The notes under the pieces: generated by a model | Databases searched by the model: none | What the model saw: the letters and a program-made list of their open reading frames with translations, nothing else | Told to the model about the DNA's origin: nothing | Shown here: in pieces, positions 32,345 through 40,052 of the stretch | Layout of the letters: each line of letters opens with the position of its first letter | How positions within the stretch are numbered: the stretch's first letter is position 1 | Made by a program: the position numbers and the translations under genes | Source: a virus | DNA: 42,616 bases | Direction: 5' to 3' (one strand) | Virus record (IMG/VR): IMGVR_UViG_3300039098_000013 | Coordinates: 1-42,616 of that record

Positions 32345-32777
32345 CCATTAATGAATCGAAGTCATCTGTTAGTGTTATTTTCTTTTCTGACTTATCGAGG
32401 AATGCTTGAACGTCTACGTGCTTACCGACAATCTCTAATGCCTTATTGGCACCCGAGTGCTCAAACTTATAAACGTTGTTCCCGTCAGCGTCCGTGAGAG
32501 GCTCACCAGCGACCATAACCTGTTCTGCTTGCATACATCTGTCATAGACCTTTACTGCTTGACGTAGTACCCATGCAGCGTCTATCTTTGTCTTTTCAAC
32601 TCTCTCTTTCATTAATTCGGCAATCCTTTCAGATACACCAAGTTTTACCAAGTTTTCTGGGCCTACTTTATTTGCGTTTTTCTCGCCATATCCTGCTCTA
32701 ATTGCAGCCTGTGTTGCATTCAAATCCTTTAAATACTCTAAACAAAAAGCCTCCTGCTTTGCAGTTAAACCGCCCAT
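32319..32777 (-). CDS. terS: Terminase small subunit (Terminase_2-like)
   Basis: agaggtggttatATG gives MGGLTAKQEAFCLEYLKDLNATQAAIRAGYGEKNANKVGPENL, the classic TerS N-terminal HTH. Confidence 0.8.
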   Translation of the reverse strand: MGGLTAKQEAFCLEYLKDLNATQAAIRAGYGEKNANKVGPENLVKLGVSERIAELMKERVEKTKIDAAWVLRQAVKVYDRCMQAEQVMVAGEPLTDADGNNVYKFEHSGANKALEIVGKHVDVQAFLDKSEKKITLTDDFDSLMGDAASDEE

Positions 32778-32835
32778 ATAACCACCTCTACAGCCTCTAG
32801 CTGCTAAAGTTAACCACACTGTGGTAGGTTGTTAT

Positions 32836-32844
32836 ATTGTATCA
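32836..32844 (-). promoter_or_regulatory. Extended -10 promoter motif TGATACAAT ahead of terS
   Basis: Minus strand reads aaTGATACAATataacaacc, 20 nt after a terminator and about 55 nt before the terS ATG. Confidence 0.45.
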
Positions 32845-32859
32845 TTTATCTGAGATATT

Positions 32860-32881
32860 AAAAAACCCCGCGTTAACGGGG
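32860..32881 (-). terminator. Rho-independent terminator separating early genes from the packaging/head operon
   Basis: Minus strand reads CCCCG-ttaacg-CGGGG followed by TTTTTT. Confidence 0.6.
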
Positions 32882-32903
32882 CTTGGGTTATCTTTTGCTA
32901 ATA

Positions 32904-33206
32904 TTAAATTGACAGCTTTTCTCGCAACAAGTAACCCTCAAGCATCCAAATCTTATTAACTGCATTATCTCGCGCAATCTTAGCGCCGAGCTCAGAGTCA
33001 AAGTTTTCAGGTGACGCGCATGCTGACTCGCCATGAACTGTAAAGCCATTCTTTAATGTAAGCAGGCACGATGTAAAAGTGGTCCCGTCAAATACATGAT
33101 ACTGCTCTTTAACCACCAGAGACTTAATGTGATCTGGAGTTATGCGAGGCGCGGTTAACCCTTTATCTTGAATTTCTTTTTCTATTTCTTGGTCGTTCAT
33201 ATTCAT
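32904..33206 (-). CDS. Gp49-like protein (N4 gp49 / Sf6 gp66 family)
   Basis: EQYHVFDGTTFTSCLLTLKNGFTVHGESACASPENFDSELGAKIARDNAVNKIWMLEGYLLREKL matches the family closely by eye. Confidence 0.75.
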   Translation of the reverse strand: MNMNDQEIEKEIQDKGLTAPRITPDHIKSLVVKEQYHVFDGTTFTSCLLTLKNGFTVHGESACASPENFDSELGAKIARDNAVNKIWMLEGYLLREKLSI

Positions 33207-33475
33207 AACCAATGTTCCTTATAGTAAGTTTCTTTCTTCGACGATACAGCATCATCAGTAACGGACTTATTACCCTTTAGGGCGTTAAGTATAGAGATTA
33301 TTTCATAGTCAGTTATCGGTTTCAACTCAGCAAGCAAATGACCTCCACTATCGCAATGAGCGCCGAGCCAAGTATCGTTATTTATGTCTATTTTAAGTTG
33401 TGCTTTTTGCTTCTCGCTTGAATATAGCTTCCCAATACAAAATACTAACAACCTCTTGATTAACCTATCACTCAT
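33203..33475 (-). CDS. Hypothetical protein
   Basis: ATG at 33475 (MSDRLIKRLL...). The track ORF uses an upstream TTG. Confidence 0.45.
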   Translation of the reverse strand: MSDRLIKRLLVFCIGKLYSSEKQKAQLKIDINNDTWLGAHCDSGGHLLAELKPITDYEIISILNALKGNKSVTDDAVSSKKETYYKEHWL

Positions 33476-33557
33476 CACTAAACACCTTATATGCAAACCA
33501 TCCAACAAATACCAACGCTATCACTCCGTAAATAGATAGCTCTAGTGCGCTATTCAT
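33468..33557 (-). CDS. Hypothetical 29-aa membrane peptide
   Basis: MNSALELSIYGVIALVFVGWFAYKVFSDE. Both its start and stop overlap the neighbouring genes. Confidence 0.25.
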   Translation of the reverse strand: MNSALELSIYGVIALVFVGWFAYKVFSDE

Positions 33558-33846
33558 CTTTAACCTCGAACTCAATACAGCCAAAATCAGGTTTTGTTAG
33601 TAAAAACCCTATATCGTGCTCTTCTCCTAGCGGAATTGCCGATAAGCTTTCATCTTCAGTCATAGAAAATTTATCGCAAGTTCCGAGCTCTGTGTGCGCA
33701 TCTGCTATAAAATATTTACAATTATTACACTTCATCTTATTTATAGCTTTGCATACATCACAAATAACTGGAGTGTCGCCCCACTTATCACCACAAGTCA
33801 TACTACCAGATTGACCAATTTCTATTTTATTTTTGCATTTACTCAT
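33550..33846 (-). CDS. Cys-rich (putative zinc-binding) small protein
   Basis: Multiple CxxC pairs (CDVCKAINKMKCNNCKY, GTCDKF). Confidence 0.5.
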   Translation of the reverse strand: MSKCKNKIEIGQSGSMTCGDKWGDTPVICDVCKAINKMKCNNCKYFIADAHTELGTCDKFSMTEDESLSAIPLGEEHDIGFLLTKPDFGCIEFEVKDE

Positions 33847-34366
33847 CACACATCCCCTTCAATGTAGGTGATAGGTTCATAGCTTCCATTACTACAGCAG
33901 CAGCGCTTTCATCCATGTTGCTGTTTACTTCGCCTAGGATTAATTCTGATTTTGTTAGTGGGGTGCGGTATTTACAGTTAACACCTAAAATATCACTTTT
34001 ATCCAGTATCCACTTATCGCTACAGTTTAGAAACTCAACGCTATCACCTCGACACTTACGCAATAACGCCTCAACTAGCATCATTTCACGGTCTGTTGTT
34101 GGCGTGTACTTTTTACAGCTAAAATCATGACAGCTTGCCATCTTAATTACTTCTGGCTCGACTAATATAGAGCCACCAGATGCGCATACGAAATTCACAC
34201 TCAACTGATATGACTTATTAGCATCACCAAACGATTGTCCAATTCCATCTATCATAAACATAGATTTATGGGTAATACCGTTTCGTGTAAAGCCTACCTC
34301 TATAGCCTCATTGTTGCTGAATGCATCCGATGCCAAGCTGTGCATATCTTTGCTTATATTAATCAT
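33839..34366 (-). CDS. Hypothetical protein
   Basis: 175 aa with RBS ggagtaaagagtgATG. Confidence 0.55.
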   Translation of the reverse strand: MINISKDMHSLASDAFSNNEAIEVGFTRNGITHKSMFMIDGIGQSFGDANKSYQLSVNFVCASGGSILVEPEVIKMASCHDFSCKKYTPTTDREMMLVEALLRKCRGDSVEFLNCSDKWILDKSDILGVNCKYRTPLTKSELILGEVNSNMDESAAAVVMEAMNLSPTLKGMCDE

Positions 34367-34416
34367 CACTCTTTACTCCGTCCGTTTATGTACAGTTATT
34401 ATCGGTTATTAGTTTG

Positions 34417-34530
34417 TTATATTAAATAGACAAAAATGAAAACATTGATTCCAATAATAAATAAAAAGCCAGCACCTAGTTGATAGATAGCTGACTTCTT
34501 TATCATGCGTCCGTTCATTCTATAATGCAT
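34417..34530 (-). CDS. Hypothetical 37-aa membrane peptide
   Basis: MHYRMNGRMIKKSAIYQLGAGFLFIIGINVFIFVYLI. Confidence 0.25.
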   Translation of the reverse strand: MHYRMNGRMIKKSAIYQLGAGFLFIIGINVFIFVYLI

Positions 34531-34539
34531 CCTGCACCC

Positions 34540-34689
34540 TTAATCGTTAAAGTTGACCTCTTGCTCTTTATCGTCATCATCAGGTAGATTTGATAAGTCA
34601 TACCCTTTATGGTCATCCATCCACTGTGCGTATTCAGCTTTCAATCGCTCCTTGATATGTTCAGCTTTCTCTTTAAGTGATTGCGTCAT
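34540..34689 (-). CDS. Hypothetical acidic 49-aa protein
   Basis: MTQSLKEKAEHIKERLKAEYAQWMDDHKGYDLSNLPDDDDKEQEVNFND. Confidence 0.35.
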   Translation of the reverse strand: MTQSLKEKAEHIKERLKAEYAQWMDDHKGYDLSNLPDDDDKEQEVNFND

Positions 34690-34699
34690 AGTTAAAGCC

Positions 34700-34954
34700 T
34701 CAGTTAATTTGTGATTTAACTTTTTGCTTGGTTTCTTCGTCTAGCTGGGAAAGTATTTCTTTGATTATCTTGCGGCGGTTACTTGCTGAGTTGGTTCTAG
34801 TGTTGATTATTGCGCATGTTACATAAACAAGCCCGAATCCAGCAGTACATAATACGCTAATCGCGGTCGCGTTCTGAGTTATCACCCCCATCAATCCGCT
34901 TGTAGTTGCTGCACCTAGACTCACATTCTGTACCGTGTTCTGAATGTCTGACAT
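34700..34954 (-). CDS. Hypothetical membrane protein
   Basis: 84 aa with hydrophobic segments (GLMGVITQNATAISVLCTAGFGLVYVTCAII). Confidence 0.5.
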   Translation of the reverse strand: MSDIQNTVQNVSLGAATTSGLMGVITQNATAISVLCTAGFGLVYVTCAIINTRTNSASNRRKIIKEILSQLDEETKQKVKSQIN

Positions 34955-35071
34955 TACTATTACCCCGATACTCGATGATTATCTTTACTATACCAAATAG
35001 CATAGTGGTTAGTTGTATGATTATAATTGCTGGAACAGGGTTTGCGTTTATCCATTGAATTATCCACATTA

Positions 35072-35116
35072 CCTAGCCTTGTGTTTGGTTTGTTATATTG
35101 TAACACTTTGGCTAGG
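35072..35116 (-). promoter_or_regulatory. Extended -10 promoter motif TGTTACAAT enclosed by a 7-bp inverted repeat
   Basis: CCTAGCC(35072-78)...GGCTAGG(35110-16) brackets minus-strand agTGTTACAATataacaaacc. Confidence 0.45.
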
Positions 35117-35133
35117 TACAACAAAATTAGTGA

Positions 35134-35358
35134 TTACGCTTCTAAAAAGTCATCGATATCTATTTCCTCAAACGGTAATCCATCATTTCTAAACCCACTC
35201 TTACCACGGGTATTACTTCGACCATTACGTACTCTAAAGTCCTGGCGTTGTTGCTCCATGTTAAGCGCTGCTTGTATGGCCAGTTGCGTTTCTCTACCTA
35301 CCAATGCAACGACTAATACGGTCAACATTATCTTGGCTGTTTTCTTAGTCCATTTCAT
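35134..35358 (-). CDS. Hypothetical signal-anchor protein
   Basis: MKWTKKTAKIMLTVLVVALVG is an N-terminal TM segment. The acidic C-terminus is EEIDIDDFLEA. Confidence 0.5.
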   Translation of the reverse strand: MKWTKKTAKIMLTVLVVALVGRETQLAIQAALNMEQQRQDFRVRNGRSNTRGKSGFRNDGLPFEEIDIDDFLEA

Positions 35359-35570
35359 CACTTCTTCCCCCTGAAAAAGTCACGTTGCCATTCTAGGTTG
35401 TCTATGTCGTCTTCCTCTAAATCACTTACGTCTAAGTACTTCTTTGGCTTAGGAAGATGAACGGGCTTACTTGCTTTAACTATGCGACTCTCACTCTTTG
35501 GTACGCATACAAGTATTAGCAAAGTTACAAATGCAGCCAGTCCTATGCACATCCATACTATTCCGCTCAT
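35358..35570 (-). CDS. Hypothetical membrane protein
   Basis: aaggagtaagtgATG gives MSGIVWMCIGLAAFVTLLILVCV... Confidence 0.5.
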   Translation of the reverse strand: MSGIVWMCIGLAAFVTLLILVCVPKSESRIVKASKPVHLPKPKKYLDVSDLEEDDIDNLEWQRDFFRGKK

Positions 35571-35593
35571 CACTTACTCCTTACCCTGTAGGG

Positions 35594-35929
35594 TTATTTA
35601 TTAATTATCTCGTAGTTTTGGTTTACTATTTTTATTGTGTTTTCCTTGATGTCGAAACTCTTAAATTCTGTTTCTTTCCTATCAATCATGCCGAGTAAAA
35701 CGTTAATGCACACCGTTGACTTGAATAGCGCAGTTTCCAACTCCTTCACGCGTAAGTGGGTTTCCTTTGTGTTATTGCTGATTTGAGATGCTAGCTGCTT
35801 TTCCAATGATTCGATATAATCTCTAACTTCAATCTGCTCAGCTACGGTAAACATAGTTCCGTAATCTTCTATCTTTCTAACGCCCATTCCGATTTCACAT
35901 CGTTTAATTTTATCTACCACATCACTCAT
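35594..35929 (-). CDS. Hypothetical coiled-coil protein
   Basis: 111-aa ORF from the track. Confidence 0.5.
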   Translation of the reverse strand: MSDVVDKIKRCEIGMGVRKIEDYGTMFTVAEQIEVRDYIESLEKQLASQISNNTKETHLRVKELETALFKSTVCINVLLGMIDRKETEFKSFDIKENTIKIVNQNYEIINK

Positions 35930-36050
35930 CTTCTATTCCTTCTAGCTGTTAATTATTTAATTGTTAGTTCGCCGTCTTTTACTGTGAAATTTACTTTCCC
36001 GTCATCACCGGTAACCTCATTAACAGTAAATGTAAGCCGAGGCTTTATTC

Positions 36051-36227
36051 TTAATGATCCAGCATATAGTTACCACAAGCTATAAGTGCGCCATAAATAG
36101 CAGACTCACCATCGCAGTCCATAATAAGTCCATTAATTACAACATCTGGCTCACCATCAATCCCTTTTGGGAATTTTACTGAAAATCCTGAGCCAGGGTG
36201 TTTTGCATTCGTGATTACTGGTTTCAT
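36051..36227 (-). CDS. Hypothetical 58-aa protein (possibly the 5' part of a frame-disrupted gene)
   Basis: MKPVITNAKHPGSGFSVKFPKGIDGEPDVVINGLIMDCDGESAIYGALIACGNYMLDH. A startless 34-codon open frame follows in the -1 frame down to 35953. Confidence 0.35.
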   Translation of the reverse strand: MKPVITNAKHPGSGFSVKFPKGIDGEPDVVINGLIMDCDGESAIYGALIACGNYMLDH

Positions 36228-36397
36228 TATTTAAACTTCCTATTTTTCTGGCGCGCTATTAACTTATAACGCGCTCGTTTTGATTCTTCTAATACACTCA
36301 TGAAGTGATAGTGTTTACGCTTGTTTGCTGCCTTTCCCTTTGGTTTCATAGCATCAGTAAAGGCTTTGCGCTTTGATGTGCCTTTCTTCTTAGTCAT
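36227..36397 (-). CDS. Hypothetical highly basic 56-aa protein
   Basis: MTKKKGTSKRKAFTDAMKPKGKAANKRKHYHF... Confidence 0.35.
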   Translation of the reverse strand: MTKKKGTSKRKAFTDAMKPKGKAANKRKHYHFMSVLEESKRARYKLIARQKNRKFK

Positions 36398-36400
36398 AAG

Positions 36401-36550
36401 CTAAAACCATAACCATGTACCGTGAGCAACCGCTATCGGGAATGCGATTGCACCAGCAACCAAGAACCCCCAAGCCTCTTCGTTAAAGCACGTAATTATA
36501 TGAGTAAACCATGAAGCTAAAATCCATACAAAAATTACTAATTGAATCAT
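36401..36550 (-). CDS. Hypothetical 49-aa membrane protein
   Basis: MIQLVIFVWILASWFTHIITCFNEEAWGFLVAGAIAFPIAVAHGTWLWF. Confidence 0.35.
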   Translation of the reverse strand: MIQLVIFVWILASWFTHIITCFNEEAWGFLVAGAIAFPIAVAHGTWLWF

Positions 36551-36561
36551 CACTCTTTCCT

Positions 36562-36735
36562 TTATTTAGTTTTATCAGGCAAACCATCAATCATACATTT
36601 AAGTCTGGTTTGGGCTTTATCATCACCGTTACAGTTCATGTGATACCACTCTTGCCCTCGCCCCCAGTAATCAAGGGCATCTTTCACCATCCAGCCCTTG
36701 ATTTTAATCATTCCTGTAAACTGTGTTTTTGTCAT
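36562..36735 (-). CDS. Hypothetical 57-aa protein
   Basis: MTKTQFTGMIKIKGWMVKDALDYWGRGQEWYHMNCNGDDKAQTRLKCMIDGLPDKTK. TAATG overlap with the clamp-like gene. Confidence 0.35.
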   Translation of the reverse strand: MTKTQFTGMIKIKGWMVKDALDYWGRGQEWYHMNCNGDDKAQTRLKCMIDGLPDKTK

Positions 36736-37322
36736 TAAAGCCTCGCTGGCATAATTAACATTAACTCTTTAATGTCTGGGCTGCATACTCTACGAAGTGT
36801 GAATATCATCGCTGATTTATCATCAAAACTCTCCATCTTAACTAGTGGGTAAAGCTCGCCTTTCATCATTAGGTTTAGCATTGCTAGGTATTCAGTATTA
36901 ACACCAATTGGATCGTTTGTTTTGCCTGACTTTCTTGTGGTAGATAAAAGTTTAGGTGTATTTGGGTATCGACCTACAACAACCTCACCCATTCCTACCG
37001 CAACCTGCACGCCACAAATATCCATGTATCGGATTAATGCTTCATCCTCTGTAATTTCAAACACTGCCCACTGAATGTTCTTTTGCCTTGTTGATGCTGG
37101 TACTTTACCGTCAATATTAACTATCAATTCGCTTGGGTTGATCTCACCATCAAACCAATCTGGATTCTTTTCTTTACTAGCTGACATATAAGCAACATGC
37201 CCGTTAGTTGATTCGATACGATTTGATTTAAAATGAATACCATTAAGGTAATAACGAACATCATTCTTTGCAACGCAAACCATCGCAGCTCTAAGCTGTC
37301 TAATTGGCACTATAAATTTCAT
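36735..37322 (-). CDS. Truncated DnaN-like (sliding clamp beta) protein, about two clamp domains
   Basis: VRYYLNGIHF (compare TRYYLNG), GRYPNTPKLL (compare G-FPDY) and the C-terminal LIMPARL (compare MPMRL). Only 195 aa, versus about 366 for bacterial DnaN. Confidence 0.6.
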   Translation of the reverse strand: MKFIVPIRQLRAAMVCVAKNDVRYYLNGIHFKSNRIESTNGHVAYMSASKEKNPDWFDGEINPSELIVNIDGKVPASTRQKNIQWAVFEITEDEALIRYMDICGVQVAVGMGEVVVGRYPNTPKLLSTTRKSGKTNDPIGVNTEYLAMLNLMMKGELYPLVKMESFDDKSAMIFTLRRVCSPDIKELMLIMPARL

Positions 37323-37431
37323 CACTAATTCCTTTCTAATTGTTATCCCCTGTGGATGTAATAGATACTACTATACGATTATCATATAGTCTAATGATTT
37401 GTAGTTATATGAATCACTTTCTTATACACAT

Positions 37432-37463
37432 AAAAAAACCCTACGGTAGCGATAAGGTAGGGT
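37432..37463 (-). terminator. Hairpin plus U7 in minus orientation, inside the early control region
   Basis: Minus strand reads ACCCTAC-cttatcgctacc-GTAGGGT followed by TTTTTTT. Confidence 0.5.
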
Positions 37464-37641
37464 TCTTTCTCCGAACATATTCTAATGGTCACTATTCCCG
37501 TGTAGTGACAGTCGGTAACATAGGCTTTTTAAACCTTCTCAGGTCGCCCGATTATCGCTAGTAGTTTCTCAACTATCGCTGAGCAAGTGATCACCTTCTT
37601 TAGGGGCTATCCATGCCGTACTAACTACTAATTATTCTAGG

Positions 37642-37650
37642 TGATATAAT
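37642..37650 (+). promoter_or_regulatory. Extended -10 promoter TGATATAAT for the lysis cassette
   Basis: Plus strand reads ggTGATATAATaccaatt, 43 nt upstream of the endolysin ATG (RBS agaggatttaatATG). Confidence 0.5.
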
Positions 37651-37692
37651 ACCAATTCGGAAATACTGATTAGTAATAACAGAGGATTTAAT

Positions 37693-38205
37693 ATGTTCGA
37701 CACAGCATTCGATCGCGTAATTGGTCATGAAGGCGGGTTTCAAGACATGCACCATGACCGAGGCAACTGGACTTCAGGAAAGGTAGGTGTTGGCGAACTT
37801 AAAGGAACTAAGTTTGGTTTATCTGCCATGACATACCCTGACTATGATATTAAGAACTTAACCATTGAGCAGGCTAAAGCTATCTATTTTGAAGATTGGT
37901 GGATTGAGTTAGGAATGGAGCGATTCCGCCCTGCGATGCAATACCAAATGTTTGATGCTGCAATTAACCACGGCATGCGCAATGCAAGCAAGATGGTTCA
38001 GCGTGCAGTTGGCGCTAAAGATGATGGCGCTATAGGTAAGAATACTATGAAAGCCATTAAAGCTAAGTCAGTTGACGACCTACTGCTACTATTTATCTCT
38101 GAGCGAATCGCGTTTTTCACTAAAGTAAAAACGTTTGATAAGTACGGTAAGGGATGGATGAATCGCATGGCTGGCAACTTGAAACTTGCTGCGGAGGATA
38201 ATTAA
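37693..38205 (+). CDS. Endolysin, glycoside hydrolase family 108 with a PG_binding_3-like C-terminus
   Basis: AFDRVIGHEGGFQDMHHDRGNWT..KFGLS is the GH108 signature. The C-terminus has FDKYGKGWMNRM. Confidence 0.85.
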   Translation: MFDTAFDRVIGHEGGFQDMHHDRGNWTSGKVGVGELKGTKFGLSAMTYPDYDIKNLTIEQAKAIYFEDWWIELGMERFRPAMQYQMFDAAINHGMRNASKMVQRAVGAKDDGAIGKNTMKAIKAKSVDDLLLLFISERIAFFTKVKTFDKYGKGWMNRMAGNLKLAAEDN

Positions 38206-38206
38206 T

Positions 38207-38674
38207 ATGTTCGATAAGATAGCAAGCGTACTAACTGGCGGTTTAGCTGGAACAATTATGGATGGGATTAAATCATATTTCCCACCTGATATGTCAGACC
38301 AGCAGAAAGCAGCACTTAATCTTGAATTGCAGAAGATTGAGTTACAAAAACAAGCAGAAGTTAACGATGCTATAAGCGAAGCTCAGAAGTCTTTCAATGA
38401 TCGCATTGCGCAGTATGAAGGCACAGCTAAAGACCTACTAGCACTGCCTGTGGTTGGTAGAATTTTATTATTCCTTCGTGGTGCACAAAGACCTGTATGG
38501 GGATTCGCTACGTTATGGGCTGATTACTGTTGGTTTTCTAGCGCGTGGGGCGCCTTGACGGAGAAGCAAGAAACCGCGTTAATAATTATCAACATCCTTG
38601 TGCTGGGATTCCTGTTTGGTGAGAGGGCAATTAAGAATCTTGAGCCGCTTATAGGTAGGTTACTCTCTAAATAA
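38207..38674 (+). CDS. Holin (3-TM holin family, DUF3154-like)
   Basis: An N-terminal coiled segment (KAALNLELQKIELQKQAEVNDAISEAQKSFNDR) is followed by hydrophobic segments. The gene is adjacent to the endolysin. Confidence 0.6.
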   Translation: MFDKIASVLTGGLAGTIMDGIKSYFPPDMSDQQKAALNLELQKIELQKQAEVNDAISEAQKSFNDRIAQYEGTAKDLLALPVVGRILLFLRGAQRPVWGFATLWADYCWFSSAWGALTEKQETALIIINILVLGFLFGERAIKNLEPLIGRLLSK

Positions 38675-38678
38675 ACGA

Positions 38679-38707
38679 AAGCCCAGTTATTAGCTGGGCT
38701 TCTTTTT
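38679..38707. terminator. Bidirectional terminator between the lysis cassette and the convergent dcm gene
   Basis: aagcccag-ttattag-ctgggctt followed by cttttt; the minus side is followed by tttcgtttat. Confidence 0.7.
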
Positions 38708-39560
38708 ACGATAATTCCCTAAAGAAATGTGTAGTAGTTCTTATATCCCACCCGTTACCGACCATCAATTCAGCCTGCCGTTGAGATACACAATCCAAAT
38801 AATCATCGGGAAACCCAGCCAGCCGGCATAGCTCATTTTTAGTTGGCTTTCTTAACTTTCCATTAGGTGTTTCAACGTAGTTACCATTCCATGACGCATA
38901 CTGCCTGGCGGTCATTGTTATTCCTTTATCGCCCTCCCTGTTAACCCAGGAGTATTTCTTTTTTGTTTGAAATTCTCCGTTCTTTTCCCACCACTTATGC
39001 CACCCATCGCTCATTGTATTTTCAGCTGATGACATATCCATGCAATCAGTAAAGCAGATATCACTATCGTCTGGAGTGTCTAGCGGAAAGTTTGCCCAAT
39101 AGTTTCTAGGCCTTGAGCATGGCGATGAGTGCTTTGCATCGTGAAAGAATGGCTCAACACCAACATATTCAGTAATTACATCCATGTGTTCACTCTTCAT
39201 CTTTACGTTTTCCAGCATGAACTTAACTGATTGGTTAACTGATTTTATGTGATTTAGAATATCGGCGAACACAAAGAACAACACCGATCGTGAATCATCA
39301 AATGCAAGTTGCTTTCCTGCATAACTAAACCCCTGGCATGGGCTTCCAGCTATCAGCAAATCAAGACTTGACCAGTCAATATCCCACTCTCTCCACTTGG
39401 TCACGTCCCCTAGCTGAATTATATCTGGCCAGTTTTTTGATATAACTTTTTGACAGTTCTTCTCAAACTCACTTGAATAGTGGTTATTTACAGAAACACC
39501 AGCGTTGTGAAGTGACTGAGCTCCACCTTCCATGCCGGCGAATAAATCGAGTACATTCAT
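38706..39560 (-). CDS. dcm: DNA (cytosine-5)-methyltransferase
   Basis: Motif I VLDLFAGMEGG, motif IV GSPCQGFS and motif VI FMLENV. Confidence 0.9.
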   Translation of the reverse strand: MNVLDLFAGMEGGAQSLHNAGVSVNNHYSSEFEKNCQKVISKNWPDIIQLGDVTKWREWDIDWSSLDLLIAGSPCQGFSYAGKQLAFDDSRSVLFFVFADILNHIKSVNQSVKFMLENVKMKSEHMDVITEYVGVEPFFHDAKHSSPCSRPRNYWANFPLDTPDDSDICFTDCMDMSSAENTMSDGWHKWWEKNGEFQTKKKYSWVNREGDKGITMTARQYASWNGNYVETPNGKLRKPTKNELCRLAGFPDDYLDCVSQRQAELMVGNGWDIRTTTHFFRELS

Positions 39561-39715
39561 AATTTATTCATCCATTCAATAACTACAGGTCCAACATTCC
39601 ATATAATCAAGAATGAATAGAATACTAACAGATAACCAATCACATCTAACGCTGATGGCCAATCTTGACTATCATCATATTTCTCTCTACAATCTTTCGT
39701 ACTAGGCGTTCTCAT
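39557..39715 (-). CDS. Hypothetical 52-aa membrane protein
   Basis: MRTPSTKDCREKYDDSQDWPSALDVIGYLLVFYSFLIIWNVGPVVIEWMNKL. ATGA overlap with dcm. Confidence 0.4.
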   Translation of the reverse strand: MRTPSTKDCREKYDDSQDWPSALDVIGYLLVFYSFLIIWNVGPVVIEWMNKL

Positions 39716-39748
39716 CACTCGCTTATTCCTTACTACCTTCGATTTGTT

Positions 39749-39787
39749 ATTCTATCCGCTTAAGTTTATTGCTTAAGCGGTTTTTTT
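39749..39787. promoter_or_regulatory. 9-bp-stem hairpin with a plus-side T7 tract, next to a minus-strand TAGAAT -10
   Basis: ccgcttaag-tttattg-cttaagcgg followed by ttttttt on plus. Minus strand reads ggaTAGAATaacaaatcg upstream of the 39715 ORF. Confidence 0.4.
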
Positions 39788-40052
39788 ATGCGCGTCCGTT
39801 AATGAATGCCATGTAAACATTCGATAAAGCCTGGAATCCTTCATTGCCCATTGCGTATGTAATCACTGTGTACGCCGTGTATTTATCACTGAATAACTGA
39901 ACCTTCCACTGGTGATTTATTCCTACCTCTAAGTTAAGCTTGCACCCTTTGCTAATCATATCTAGGCACATGATTACTGCGTTGTCGTAACGGTACTTTC
40001 TAGCTAGTTCTTTTTCTTCTGGTGTTTGCTGTGTTGCTATAGTGTCAATCAT
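39786..40052 (-). CDS. Hypothetical protein
   Basis: 88-aa ORF from the track. Confidence 0.5.
   Translation of the reverse strand: MIDTIATQQTPEEKELARKYRYDNAVIMCLDMISKGCKLNLEVGINHQWKVQLFSDKYTAYTVITYAMGNEGFQALSNVYMAFINGRA

Noticed and set aside
34857-35069. 70-aa minus-strand ORF overlapping the 84-aa membrane-protein gene by 98 nt.
   Set aside because: It has a weak RBS and a long out-of-frame overlap. Its N-terminal hydrophobic 38 residues could be a real micro-peptide, but I cannot support it from sequence alone.
35027-35698. Plus-strand ORFs 35027..35374 and 35498..35698.
   Set aside because: They are antisense to coupled minus-strand small genes and have no start context.
36051-36075. 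Programmed frameshift as the explanation for the split ORF at 35953-36227.
   Set aside because: There is no slippery heptamer or downstream structure in the overlap. A mutation or a sequencing indel is more economical.
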